Part shown: piece after piece, positions 50,298-62,890 of the stretch
How positions within the stretch are numbered: the stretch's first letter is position 1
Layout: each line of letters begins with the position of its first letter
Assembly: GCF_030684315.1 (NCBI RefSeq)
Contig: NC_081367.1
Span: forward strand, 5,315,956 to 5,379,955
From: Stegostoma tigrinum
Lineage: Eukaryota
DNA: 64,000 nucleotides
Direction of reading: 5' to 3'
The notes under the pieces: generated by a model
Databases searched by the model: none
What the model was told of the DNA's origin: nothing
Seen by the model: the letters and a program-made list of their open reading frames with translations, nothing else
Program-made: the position numbers and the translations under genes

Positions 50298-50355
50298 ATG
50301 TGACAGCAGCGACACACAGATACTCAACAACGAGCACAGCCCAATACCCATCCAT
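50298..50355 (-). CDS. PIGX: PIGX coding exon 1 (signal peptide-like)
   Basis: ATG in strong context (GTTATGG) gives MDGYWAVLVVEYLCVAAVT + T|GTAAGA. Its 58 nt phase-1 end matches exon 2, giving a 732-nt CDS (243 aa). Confidence 0.8.
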
Positions 50356-50662
50356 AACCGGCCTCTCCCCGCGCCAAGCCCGACACTGGCTTTTAAATTT
50401 AGCCCCGGGGGGGGGGGGTGGGGGTCCGGCCTAGGACGCAGGCCGCAGCTGTCCTCGGCACTGCCTGAGCGCACAGCCAGTTAATCCTTTCGGTTCACCG
50501 CCTCTCCTTGACGGTGGGACAGCGGGACAAGGTGGACTAACGGCTATGTCGTTGGTCCGAGTGATTCTTCAGGTCAAAATGGGTGAACGGTGGCAGTAAA
50601 TTATAGTTCAAAGTCAGGCAGGAGATCAATCAGTCGCAGAAGGGGTCTTTTTAATCGGCTGG

Positions 50663-50677
50663 GTTGCCATGGGCATC
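50663..50677 (+). promoter_or_regulatory. X-box (RFX)-like motif
   Basis: GTTGCCATGGGCATC, one mismatch to GTNRCC-N(0-3)-RGYAAC, upstream of a ciliary gene. Confidence 0.5.
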
Positions 50678-51839
50678 AAGAGGTTGTGAAGGCCGAGTTT
50701 AGCCGCACTCAGGTTTGTTTATAAATTTTAAAAAAGCAAAATTGAAATATAACTAATGATTAATGAGAGTTTTATATATCTCATTACAGATCATTGCTGA
50801 GGGAGGGCCTTTGCGGGCTGTAAAGTAGACCAGTAGTTGATGTTTCCATTTAGTCAATGACTCCAGATATGAAACTATGTTAGTGATTACTGAAAGTTTT
50901 ACTTGGAACTGATAGCATTTAGATTTATATCAGTGATTAGTTTTACCAATATTAGCGGGCGTTTTATTACTCCCTTATAGCAGTGTAAAGAACATAAGAA
51001 CCAGGAACAGGAGTGGATCATTTAGCCCCTTTAATCTTTTCCATTGGATCATAGCTTACCTACATCCTTCGTGGTAGCGTCTCATAGCACTCAAATTTTC
51101 AAAAATCTACTTCCTCTTTAAATACATTCTGGGTAGTAGTCTCCACAACTCTCTGGAGTTCAGAATTCCTTCACATCTGTTTTGAATGAGTCTCATCTTA
51201 TTCTGTAATCATGTTCCCCAGTTAGAGATTCTGCCAGTGAAAGTAAAATTGTATCAATCACTTATTCTCGTTTTTGGATTCCACCTTTTGTAAAGTTCTG
51301 TCTGGACTTTCTTTTCGTACAAAATGCTGTATAAACATCAATATTTTAAAATTAATAAGTATATTATGATTTGGTCTCGGACAGAAATTATTTAGTTTTG
51401 CAAGAGTCTTTTAGTCAGTGGTCAAACGTGACATTTTTGTTTAAACAAAGATTAACTATACAAGTCAAGATTCTGCCTCAAGAACTATCTCCTTGATCTT
51501 CGATCACTTCAGAATCGCGCTTTAAATTACCTTATTTACATACTTCTATTAACTTGTATTCTACAATAAAGGCACTGCTTAGTGCTGTTTCACTAGAGAA
51601 GGAAATATTAGTAGAGATGATGAAGCTGTGGTTTAGCAGGAAATTCCAGAACCTGGGGCCTGGGCGAACGGGGTGTTTGGAGACGGTTGTAGATCTAAAG
51701 GAGGTTAGAGGTGAGGAAGTGCGGAGGTGTGAAGTGATTTAAACGTGAGGATGGCAATTTTAAAATCATGACAACATAGAAAATAAAGTTTTCACCTGTG
51801 GTAGGATTCTGAACTAGATAACATTAATATCTGTAATTG

Positions 51840-52040
51840 GGGGTCAGTTTAGCAAGTCGACTGGCCAGTTGGTTTGCGAAGCAGTGTCATGCTGACAGCA
51901 TGGGTTCAATAGGTTACCATGAAGGACTGTCCTCAACCTCTTCCCCTTGCCTGATGTACAGTGGCCCTCAGGTTAAATAACTACCAGTTGTCTCTCTCTA
52001 ATGAGAGCAGCCCTATTATCTGGTAAGACAATGGTGCCAC
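51840..52040 (+). mobile_element. tRNA-derived SINE of a further family
   Basis: Head GGGTCAGTTTAGC...GGGTTCAAT and a short CAA-repeat tail. Confidence 0.45.
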
Positions 52041-52859
52041 AACAACAATAATCTGTGATTTAGACCGTGTACCCAGTTACAATATGGAGTAGATTAGGTG
52101 AATAGTATAGAAATATTTATGGGAAATATAGAAAGATACATCTGAGAGAAAGAAACTGAAGACTGATGGGGTTAGGTGGAGATAGGTAGGTAGAAGGAAG
52201 CTAGTAATGAACATGAACATTGACCAAAGAACTGAAAGGACTGTTCCTGCACTTTTCTTTCTATCTGTGTAATTCTGAATTGTTGTGGGATGGGAGCAAA
52301 TCTACATCAGAGCAGCAAGAGTTGATGACTGAATGGGACCTGATGCAGAATAAGATAGCCAGATTTTGAATGAGTTGACATTTAGTGGTGATGAAGAGGA
52401 GGGTGGCCAAGAAAATACTGAAGTAGTCAGGTTTGGTGGTGACATGCTTTCAACAGCAAGTGCAAACACTGCAGAGGCAGATGATGTTATTGTGTTGGAA
52501 AGGTTAGGGAAAGAGAATCAGTTCACATTATACAAAATACAGAAGGTGCAAACAGTCTAGCTGAAGCTGAGACTGTGATTGGGAATGGGAAGGGCAATAC
52601 AGGACAGTGTGTCATGGGGACCATAGGTAATGACATCGGTCTGCCCAATAACTGCAGCCTTTCAATTCAGCTTAGCAGTGACAGTGAGGTTGAATTAATT
52701 TACTCCATCACTATCTGTTCTGAGCTAGTCTGGCTGCTTCCATCATATGTACTCCTTTCAGTGATGAATCACTCTTGGCATTGTCTATCCACCATTAATA
52801 TTAAGAATTATGATGAGAATTAACACCATCATTAAGATAATATTAGAATTATAATAGTG

Positions 52860-53310
52860 ATTATTAAGTATTAACTTGTCTTTTGATGAAAAAGACACAT
52901 TCTTTTGAAGATTTTCACCTTTCACTCAATTTGCAAGAATACTAATTTAGAAGGGAATAGTATTTTAAACTGAATGAGTAGAGTACTGAATGCTTGATAT
53001 GATGTTGCCATAGATAATGTACTAGTTAAATGATGACTAACAGTTAATTTGCCAAGCTTTGTATAAATTTAAACCAATCAGGTTGACACTGATTATTCAA
53101 GACATTATCCGAGGAAGAGCTAGAAAATATCTGTCCTCTATTTTGTTTAATTGAAGTTTGTGCAATATCTGTACGTTTTGTCTGCAAATAACAGGTACCT
53201 GTGTTTAACATTTTCTAGTGCATGAAAGTGCTCCACTCTGCGAGACCAACTCACGACCTTATATTGTTGATTGTCAGTTAATTCTTAGAACACTCAGTAT
53301 TGTTTAGCAA
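52860..53310 (-). mobile_element. Old Penelope-like 3' fragment of another family (related end at ~58145-58205)
   Basis: Reverse strand resembles a GIY-YIG C-terminus (HLLNNTEC...PVICRQ). Shares AAAAGACAC...AAGATTTTCACCTT with ~58160. Confidence 0.5.
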
Positions 53311-54583
53311 ATGTTGCCCAGTTACGGGATCAGATTGTCAAATGGAAGAATATCTCCTCAAGACGGAAGAACATATCTTAAATCAAAGAGACAAAACTTC
53401 TGCTAGCTATGAAAGCCTGCACTTGCTCCCTTCCAGTTTTCGAACTCTAATCATGGAAATGACTATACAGCTAGTTTCAGACAAAAGAGCACCTGTCCTC
53501 AGCCTCTTGTATCAAGATCATTAGGGATTGACCCGAGACATTGTATATATGTGTCTTCTGATTGTTTAGGCAAAGTTGCATTGGGTTCGCGGATAATTGT
53601 ATTTGAAGATATGGATTTGTTCAGTTTTTAGGTCATTTTGCCTCCAGTTATGCATATTTCTTAGCTATTTATTGACAGGATTTTTTTCCACTTTGGTCTG
53701 ATGTATTTCACAGAACTAGCATTTCTCTCAAGTTGCAGTGGTAAGAAGGATTTTTTGTTAAGGTTCAAAGCAATTATTCTGGCTGTGAGAATTACCTTAA
53801 GGCTATAATTAGTCACAAGAGTAGGTTTTCCAGCCCTAGAAGCTTGTTCTGCCCTTCAGTTAGATCAATGTTGAGCTACATCTTAACTCTATCAGTCTTC
53901 CCTGATTTTCTTGGCATTCTTGACTGACAGAATTTTACCAATCTCAGTTTTGAAATTTTCAATTGTCCCTTAGTCTCAGCTGCTGTATTGGGGTTGTGAG
54001 TTCCAGATTTTGACTACCGTGTGAAGAAGTTCTTTTATGATTTTAAACACTACAGATATTCCTTTCATTTTCCATACTGGAGTGGTGGAGAGGGGAGGCG
54101 TCCTAATACTTTAAAAAATTGCTGGAGAAACTCAGTAGGAAGGGCAGCCTCTGTGGAAACAAAACAAAGTTCGTATTTTGGATCCAGTGTCCCTTCTTCA
54201 GAGCACCCGACTCAAAAAGTTAACTCTACTTTCTCTCCACAGTTGCTGACAGACTTGCTGAGTTTCTTCAGCGCTGATGAACTGTTCCAGTTTACTCCCA
54301 AGAATTATAGTACACCTGTGTTCAATATTGTTGTTCCTAACTGCCAGGTGTTCCATATACCAGTTCCTAAAAATTTCATGAGTGAGTCAGACACTTAGAT
54401 TTAAATTGACTTATTTTTCCCTATACAGGGTTTTCATGTGTTTTTTCTTTATTAATATTTTAAAATGTAGAGAAAAGTTACTAAAATACCTGGAGCCAGA
54501 CACAAAGGTTATTGACTGATCACTGACTTTCTGTCATTGTTATGAATTGCCTGCAACCTGAAAGGATTTTCAGCTGAAACGAG

Positions 54584-54713
54584 ATGGCTTACATTCCAAG
54601 GAAGTGTGGAGTTAAATTCAAACCACCTGCTATTGTTTTAATCTATGAAGATGAAAATACTAAAAAAACTCGACAGAGGCTAATACCGGTTCGAAACTTC
54701 ACCAAATTTTCAG
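54584..54713 (+). CDS. CEP19: CEP19 coding exon 1
   Basis: [43 protein letters not shown] + G|GTAAGG matches the CEP19 N-terminus; 130 nt. Confidence 0.95.
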
Positions 54714-56328
54714 GTAAGGACCTAGTTTGATGTTTATTCTCAAATGGCCCATCTAATATTGTACCAACAATATGGATGCTAATCATAGCAAGCAGGGAAA
54801 CATTGTAATGATCAGCTTAACGTGGAGTAGAAGTGCACTGTTGCTGATGCTTATTCACCATGATTTACTGATATTTTCCTATTACATCCACTTGGATTAT
54901 TAAAACAGCTATACTAATAAAACATACAATGTTTTGTGTAATATAACTAAAGTACCCTAGGTTAAGTCATGAGATATACATTTTTCCACAGGTGTAGTTA
55001 TTGATTGTGAAATGTTTTAAGTCCTACACATTTATTTGAAATGACAAACGTTCAGACCACTGCCTCTTCGTCAGCACTGCAAAAGGTTGTGATGTCAAGT
55101 AAACTTGTTGGACTATAACCTGTTGTGTGATTTCTGACTTTGTCTACCCCAGTCCAACACCGGCACTTCCACATCATGAAGTGTTTTAGGCATCCTTGAA
55201 GATAAAGGACACCATATGAAAGCAATTTGTTTTTAAGTGCTAAACCCATTCAAGATTTACTGTCAGAAGTCTGTCCACAAACAGAACAGTGGGTTTCTTC
55301 AATCTCCTAACCAATGTGTACCATTGAAAACCACTGCAAAGACAGAAATTAATGGCTTCTCTCACTCCTCACAGGAAAATCCACAACCAGAGTACATATT
55401 TGCTTGTGTAGCTGCTATGTCATCTGAGCAGAACACTCTGCTTTATTGTTACTCTCACTTTTCTCCCTTTCCAGACACACACATCCAATTCTCCAAAGCG
55501 TGGCTTCTAAATTGGGCTGGAAAATTTTAATGTGAGTGCTTTTAGATAGCAAATCAGGAAAAGTGGATATGTAAGAAAATGAGAGATATTCAAACAGTTA
55601 ACTAGAGACTAGTGGTAGGAATAAACACTGTTTCAGCCTTGCATGCAGCTATCTACAGTTTTTGGATGTCATCCTTATCAGGAAGTGATAGCCTGCTGAC
55701 ACTCTTTTCTCTTCAGAAGAGGTTTAGAGGTGACCGAAGAAAGGTCTTTAAAATTGTGAGAATTTGGTAGAGTAGATACAGAACAAATGTTTCCTCTTGG
55801 AAGCAACAGCAGTGGCCATCAGTGTAAAATAATCAGTAAGAAATCCAATCAGAAATTCAGATGAAACCTCTTTACCCAAAGAGTGATAAGAATGTGGAAT
55901 CTGCTACCGCAGGTATTGATTGAAATGAAATGAAATAATATAGATGTATTTAAGGGAAGAATGGACAAACATTTGAGGTAGAAGGGAACAGAAGATTATG
56001 ATGATAAATAAAGAAAGATTGGAGGAGGCCAGAGTACCATTATACCAACATGGACTAGATGGGCTTGAATAGCCCATTTTTGTGCCATGTATCCAATGTA
56101 AATTTGACAAAAATTCTTCACTCACTTCCTTTTCCCTGATTTTTACTGGAATTAATTTACACCTTTTAAAGTAAGCTTTAAATAACTTGAAAGTTATTTT
56201 CCCTCTTGTTTAGGTTATATTAAAGTATACTTCAGTTGGTCAACATTGTTAGAAAGTTAAAGATATGGATGAAGCACTGAGAGGTGTGACAGCATGTCTT
56301 TTTTCCTCATTTTGAAAATCGACTATAG

Positions 56329-56693
56329 ATTGTGGCCAAGCTGCAGAACAGATGAAGAATAACCCTCGGCACCAAGTGTATTTGGATAGAGTGTCACAGC
56401 AGCAGCTACAGAAATTGTATCAGCTCCTAAGGGATAGCCTGAATGGACTGAGTCTTGACCAAAGCCTGGAGACCTTCCTGAGGGAAAACTCCATTAACGC
56501 AGAGGAGGACCTCAACAAACTTGATGACAATGAGTTGGCAAAAAAGAAAAAAATCATGGATGAACTGTTTGAAAAGAACAGGAGAAAACCTAGTGATCCA
56601 AAGTTTGTTTATGATCTGGAAGTTGATTTCCCTGAGGATGGGCAGATTGAGTCATGTGGCTGGGATGACGATGATCAAGATGGAGAGTTCTAA
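56329..56693 (+). CDS. CEP19: CEP19 coding exon 2
   Basis: (D)[18 protein letters not shown]...[26 protein letters not shown]...[10 protein letters not shown]...SCGWD...EF*. Acceptor ctatag; total protein 164 aa. Confidence 0.96.
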
Positions 56694-58504
56694 CTGTGCT
56701 TTATTTTCAGAACTCTGTGTGCACCTGAGAGTTCAGAAGAATAACCTAGTGGTCAGCTGCCCTTGGCTAACCAATCTATTATTGTAATTACAAATAGCCA
56801 AAATGACAACTGCAACACACGTGGGATTTTATTGAAACAGATTAAAGGGCATAGGAACACAATGTTGTTACTTTACAGTAAGCTACAGATACTAAATAGA
56901 AAACTTTGGAAATCACTTTTGTACTGATTAATATTAAGATGTGGAAGGGAAAACATTATGACCATCGTACCCAATCACCAAACAATTTGAGTCTCAGTGT
57001 CAAAATGATTATCCATAAATGCAGGATCAAATTCTTCACTATTCTACCAACCTGCCAGTTCCTGGAAGATTTATACTGGGACTTTATTTTATTGGCAACT
57101 TTTATCATGTTTTCAAAATGGAAATATTTGTTTGCACTCAGTTTGTCTCAATTTCAGTGGAATAGTGTTGTAGATTTTCATCCACATGAGATAATTGGTG
57201 AAACAGATCATATCCGTATTATAGTACTTCTCATTACGATTCAGGTGAAGACAAAATAAAACTTCCATTGATTACTTGGATCACTGTGTATGAAAAGCCT
57301 ATTCGCTAAGGCATTTTGTATTTTTTGCCACACTGCGCTTCAGCTCACAGCTAATCCTCAGGTCTACTCTCCACTGTTGCCTATTTTCCAGGAAGATGCA
57401 GATTCCTTGCACACTTCATGGGTCTTTCTCAAAACATGCTCATTCTTGCAGAGGACACGAAATAATACATTTTAAATGGCGGTGAAAAGAGGAATTCTTC
57501 TTTTGAAGACTCCCATTTAGAAAAATAATTCTGAAGTCAAGGGGAGGAAGTACAAGCATGTAACAGTGTGTTTAAATTGCCCTAATTTTATTCTAGGATT
57601 TAGTTCAATAAACCATTTAAGATGCAAAGGGTTAGGTACCATTGCCCATTTAAGACCAGTTTTTTTTTGTTGTTCCACATTTAAGTCTCCTGTACTGTCC
57701 CTTAAGGCCAAAAATGCCTTAGTTTGTGAAAACTTACATTTTAAATTTTGAAAATTTAAAATTGGGTTGTGTAATTTACATTCTAATTTCCTTTAAATAC
57801 AACAAAGTGGATGTTGATCAATCTTAAGTCTCATTATTCTTCATTCTCTCCATTTATTTTCTCCATTTCTACTGTCTAAAATTTATAGTAAAATACATTA
57901 ACTTCTTACTGTCAAGTTACTTTTAGGCTTTTTTGTGTCACAGATTTATACTCCTCTTTACTTACTCTAAAAAGAGAATGTAATAATTCTTCTATTTTCT
58001 AGTTGTAGCTTTTTTTCTATTTTCCTGTTGGTCATTTTAGTATTTATTAGCAGTATCTGACTTTAATGGGGCCAGTATTCCTTTTGGCATGCTCTCTTAC
58101 TTTACATATAAACACTTTTACTGTTAACTTTGATGTTTAAGACTTTTGTTTTGCAGAACTAAAAGACACTTTATCAAAGATTTTCACCTTGCAGTCATGG
58201 AATCGCTGTACCATTTGTGTTTCTGCTGCATTGGTAGCAGCACAAAACAGCTACCTTCACTGTTGCTAAACTAGAGGAAACCATACCCCTCTTGGGTAAT
58301 CTGAAGTAAATTGAGCACTTCTCAGAACCATAAATGACTGCCTTAGGGGCTTACAGGAGTTTTCGTATCATATAGTAACGAATGATTTGATCAGGGTAGC
58401 CACTACCCTGGAGGATGATGATGATGCATTTCAGCATTGGGTTTGCATGAAGAAGAAATGACTCAGGTCCTATACATGAAGCTATCGCAAAGGCCAATGG
58501 TAGG

Positions 58505-58738
58505 TTGGCTCCAAATCTACCATCCTCTGAGAAAAAGAACAGGAAACGACATCACCAACCCAAGGAAACCTAAACAGATAAATAGAAAGCGGGACATAAC
58601 ACCAGCACTTCATTGGGGGCTCACTGATGATGTTACCTAGAATGGTGACGAAACGTCTGAAAACTAACCTTCCAGCTCAGCGAGCAAACTCACATCCAGA
58701 AACTCAGCCTGAGCTACAAATCTTCTCAAAACTCGCTG
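58505..58738 (+). mobile_element. 3' end of a second PLE family (Poseidon-like)
   Basis: Unrelated in sequence to the main PLE 3' UTR but carries its own hammerhead motif. Confidence 0.65.
58621..58660 (+). ncRNA. Minimal type I hammerhead ribozyme motif
   Basis: Stem I TCA/TGA; CTGATGA 58624-30; stem II GTTACC/GGTGAC; GAAA 58650-53; CGTC with predicted cleavage after 58657. Confidence 0.85.
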
Positions 58739-58756
58739 TCAAAAAATATTTTGAAC

Positions 58757-59012
58757 CATAGAATCCCTATAGTGTGGAAGCAAACCATTCGGCCCATTAA
58801 GTCCACATCGACCATCTGAAGAGCCACCCCTCTACCGTATCCCTGAAGTGCTGCATTTCCCACTGCTAATCCACCTAGAGTACACATCTTTAGACTATGG
58901 GAGGAAACCCACGCACACAGGGCGAATGTGCAAACTCAACACAAACAGTCACCCGAGGGTGGAATTGAACCAGAGTCCGTGCTGCTGCAAGGCAACAATG
59001 ATAACCGCTGAG
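58757..59012 (-). mobile_element. HE1-type V-SINE, degenerate
   Basis: Similar to the copies at 21390 and 33951. Confidence 0.75.
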
Positions 59013-59289
59013 GACAGCAACATCAGTGTGTACATCCATTGGTACTAGCTGAAACCAACTGGATGTATCAAGATTTATCTGGAAAGACACACAAGATTGT
59101 ACTCCTCCAGAATTGAGACTTCTGGCAGTTATTTAATGCCATTGACAATAGTCACAAATCTCTTTGCGGTGTCATCTCACATCAACGACATATTGGTGCT
59201 ATTTCCTCCACTTGTCCAGAGCTGGAAAAGTTTCTATTTTGCAAATGCATTAACTCCAACAGTTACCTTGACAATACATCACACCCTGT

Positions 59290-60120
59290 TTCTTGCAAAG
59301 ACAGTCTTTCATCTTCCCAGTTTGTCACATCTGTTCCAATGGAGTTAACTTGTACGAGGAGGCCTCCAAAATATCCACCTTCATCCTCAAACAAGGATTC
59401 CCTGCCACCCAGTGGAGGACATGGCCCACAGCTGTATCTGACTTACCTTCTAACCTTCAACTCTCATCCCTCTTCCCTCCCCAAGTGATAGGGTCCCCCA
59501 GTCCTCACTTACTTACCACCAGCATCAAAATCCATAGGATTATTAGCTAACATTTCTGCCACCTCTAGCAGGATGCCACCACCAGACATACTCCTCTCTC
59601 CTCCCCTGTTAGCCTTCCCCTAGAACGGTTCTCTCTGGGACATCCTAGTCCACTCCTCTATTCCTGACATCTCACACACCCAAGGTACGTTCCTATGCAA
59701 ACGCAAAATGTTTGACACCTTCCTATTTACTTCCCTGCTCTTTACCATCCAAAACCCCAGACACACCTTCCAGGTAAAGCAGTGATTTACCCGCATTTCA
59801 CATAATCTCATCTAAATTATGTGCTGCTCACAAAGTGACCTTCTCCACTGGGGAGATGAAAGGCAGACTGGATGACCACTTTGTAGAACACCCACCTTCT
59901 GTCTACAAGATGACCCTGAGCTTCCGATTGCCCGCCACCCTAACACATCACTGTTCCTTGCCCAACATCTGTGTCTCGGGCTTACTGCAGTGCTCCAGTG
60001 AAACCCAACATAAGCTGGAGGAACAGCATTTCATTTTCCACTTGGGGACTCTGCAGCCTTTGGGGCTCAATATTTAGTTCAATAAGTTATGACCTGAGCA
60101 CCTTTCCCCATGTTCTTACC
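59290..60120 (+). mobile_element. Old Neptune-type PLE fragment
   Basis: Degenerate translation ..GEMKGRLDDHFVEH...GLLQCSSETQHKLEEQHFIFHLGTLQP matches the intact PLE C-terminus. Confidence 0.8.
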
Positions 60121-60269
60121 ACAGCACCCACATACCAGGCCTTATTGCAGGAGCTGCTGCCACACGATCGCATTGTCAGGTATCAATTGTCCCAAGTAGC
60201 AGTTATTGATTTCCCCCAGGCTGATCTTTTACCCATTGTCTACTCAACTATTGATATCTCTCTCTAGGA

Positions 60270-60366
60270 GCCAGCTCTATGCTAGCTGGGTCAGCATCTT
60301 GTACTTTGCACGTGTAAATAAAGGGTGACTTCATGACAGAATACTGGTCTTCGTGGAGTTATTTCA
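60270..60366 (+). mobile_element. Possible partial solo LTR (3' part)
   Basis: AATAAA followed by a U5-like segment ending TTATTTCA; no 5' TG terminus or TSD confirmed. Confidence 0.35.
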
Positions 60367-60399
60367 TGTACTAAACTCGTCCTTGCTACAATCATGATG

Positions 60400-60905
60400 T
60401 ACAAAGAACAAAGAAAATTACAGTACAGGAACAGGCCCTTCAGCCCTCCAGGCCTGCACCGACATGCTGCACATCACAACTAAAACCCCCTACCCTTGTA
60501 TCCCCATCCTATTCATATATTTGTCAAGATGCTCTTTAAAAGTCACTGTAGTATCTGCTTTCACTACCTCCACCGGCAGAGAGTTCCAGGCACCTACTAC
60601 CCTCTGCGTAAAACATTTGCCTCATACATCACCTGTAAACCTTGCCCCTCACACCTTAAACCTATGCCCCCTACTGACTCTTCCACCCTGGAAAAAAAGA
60701 TTCTGACTGTCCAGGCCCTTCATAATCTTGTAGACCTCTATCAGGTCACCCCTCAACCTCCATCGTTCCAGTGAAAACAACCCAAGTTTCTCCAACCTCC
60801 CCTCATAGCTAATGCCCTCCGTACCAGGCAACATCCTGATAAATCTTTTCTGTAACCTAATCCTTCTGGTAGTGTGGCAACCAGAACTGAAGACAATTTT
60901 CCAAA
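60400..60905 (-). mobile_element. CR1 LINE 3' fragment
   Basis: ORF 60649-61062 contains LQKRFIRMLPG...EKLGLFSLERWRLRGDLIEVYKIMKG. Confidence 0.85.
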
Positions 60906-61690
60906 TGTGAAGGTGCCGAAATTGGACAAGGTCAAAAATCACAAGACAGCAGGTTATACTCCAACTGGTTAATTTGAAGGCACAAGCTTCCATACTCGCT
61001 TCTTCATAAGGTGTTAATGAGATAGGTGGCATCAGACACAGAATATAGAAGCAAAAGATCAAAGGGTCATTGAACCAATACGAATGTGTTTAACAAATCA
61101 AAGATGGCTGTTTAATCCATCATAAAGGATTAATGTGCAAATTTCAGAATTTCTTTGACATCACTGACCCAAAGACAACTAAAGGTTTTATCAATTTCTA
61201 CAGTATACCAGAAGTGACATCCCAGATCCGACAATGCAACTTAGGTGTGAGGCCTTGTTTAAGAATCTGGCTGTGTATCAACTTGGAGTTAGGCTTTATT
61301 TCCAAAGTAGGAATTTATAAATTGCCACATTGACTGTCTGCAAATTGTGTGCTTTTTGAACAAAATATCTGCAATTGTAAATCTGTAAATGCAAATTCAC
61401 CCCATAGATTTATGCACGTAGGGGCACACGGAGACAGAGACAAAGCAAGAGAGAGTGTGTGAGAGAGCGAGCAAGCCAGAGCCAGCACGAGAGCGAGGGA
61501 GAGAGAGTAAGCATCTGTGAGCAAGCGAGGTTACTGTAGTACGACAGGAACCCAAGATCCCAGTTGAGGCTGTCCTCATGGATGCTACCTCTCTCACTGA
61601 CACCTGAAAAAGCAGTGAGACTCCGAAAGCTAGTGTCTTCAAATGAACTTGTTGGACAATAACCTAGTATCGTGATTTTTGACCTTAGCT
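60905..61690. mobile_element. Old fold-back insertion of a third PLE-like family (single end also at ~55060-55176)
   Basis: 60920-61010 is the degenerate reverse complement of 61600-61690 (GTTGGAC.ATAACCT...GTGATTTTTGAC); decayed hammerhead-like motifs in both arms. Confidence 0.5.
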
Positions 61691-62476
61691 ACAATCACTT
61701 ATAAAGAAGGGTCACCGAACCAAAAATGTTGGGAAATTTTCTCTCTACAGATGCTGCCAGACCTGCTTAATTTCCCCAGCAATTTCTGTTTTTGTTTCCA
61801 TTCAAAACAAAGTCCACCTTGTCTAATACTAAAATCACCATTCAAAGATGATAAGGCACTATTGGAAAAATGAATGTTAACAAAACACTTATTATGGAAT
61901 TATACAACTGATGAGTATGATATGGTTGCGAAGAATGGTACTCAGTGGCATAATTAAAAGTTCAGCATAGAACAGAGTAATACAGATAGAGTTAGGTAGG
62001 TTGTCTGCAACCTATGAGACTTGGACACTTCAACTTGTAGGATGAGTTGATTGGGGACTTGAAGTGAAGACCCAAAAAAAAAATCAAATTCAAATGAAGT
62101 TCGGGATTACCTGATATCCTACAAGATCCCTTCATAACAGGAAGGTGTCACCAGCAGCACACTTGGCTTGGGTGTTTAGCAATACGTCTTAATAAGCTGA
62201 AAACTTGAATAGAATGGGAAAATGCTGGGCCTGCTCATTGAGTTAGGCAGCAGAAGGTTCCACGATGCAATGCCAAACACAATGGTACTGTTTTCAACGG
62301 TAAATGGTACAAGAAACAAAAAAAGTGGTCTAGAAGATATGATTGTTTAGACAGCTATCCTGCCAAAGGAAAATAAATAAACCAAGACAGATAATAAAAT
62401 CATAATGCTGAGTCCAGAAGGCAGTTTTAATTTCAACAATAAGATCAATCTCAGCCCAACTATTTTAATTTCTTGT

Positions 62477-62890
62477 GATAATGGGAACTGCAGATGCTGG
62501 AGAATCCAAGATAACAAAGTGTGGAGCTGGATGAACACAGCAGGCCAAGCGGCATCTCAGGAGCACAAAAGCTGATGTTTCGGGCCTAGACCCTTCATCA
62601 GAGAGGGGGATGGGTGAGGGTTCTGGAATAAATAGGGAGAGAGGGGGAGGCGGACCGCAGATGGAGAGAAAAGAAGATAGGTGGAGAGGAGAGTGGAGGT
62701 GGGGAGGTGGGGAGGGGATAGGTCAGTCCAGGGAAGATGGACAGGTCAAGGAGTTGGGATGAGGTTAGTAGGTAGGAGATGGAGGTGCGGCTTGAGGTGG
62801 GAGGAAGGGATGGGTGAGAGGAAGAACAGGTTAGGGAGGCAGAGACAGGCTGGACTGGTTCCGGGATGCAGTGGGTGGAGGGGAAGAGCC
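62477..62890 (-). mobile_element. PLE 3' fragment with full tail and hammerhead variant (62572-62603)
   Basis: Begins GATAATGGGAACTGCAG; reverse strand reads CTGATGA-AGGGTCTAGGCCC-GAAA-CATC. Confidence 0.88.

Larger units (their letters stand above)
49820..50712. promoter_or_regulatory. CpG-rich bidirectional promoter region of PIGX (-) and CEP19 (+)
   Basis: Local CpG/GC enrichment against an AT-rich background. PIGX ATG at 50355; candidate CEP19 non-coding exon donor CAG|GTTTGT at 50712/50713. Confidence 0.75.

Noticed and set aside
50238-50474. 78-aa ORF as the PIGX N-terminus
   Set aside because: Its frame reaches the donor in phase 0, incompatible with the phase-1 start of exon 2.
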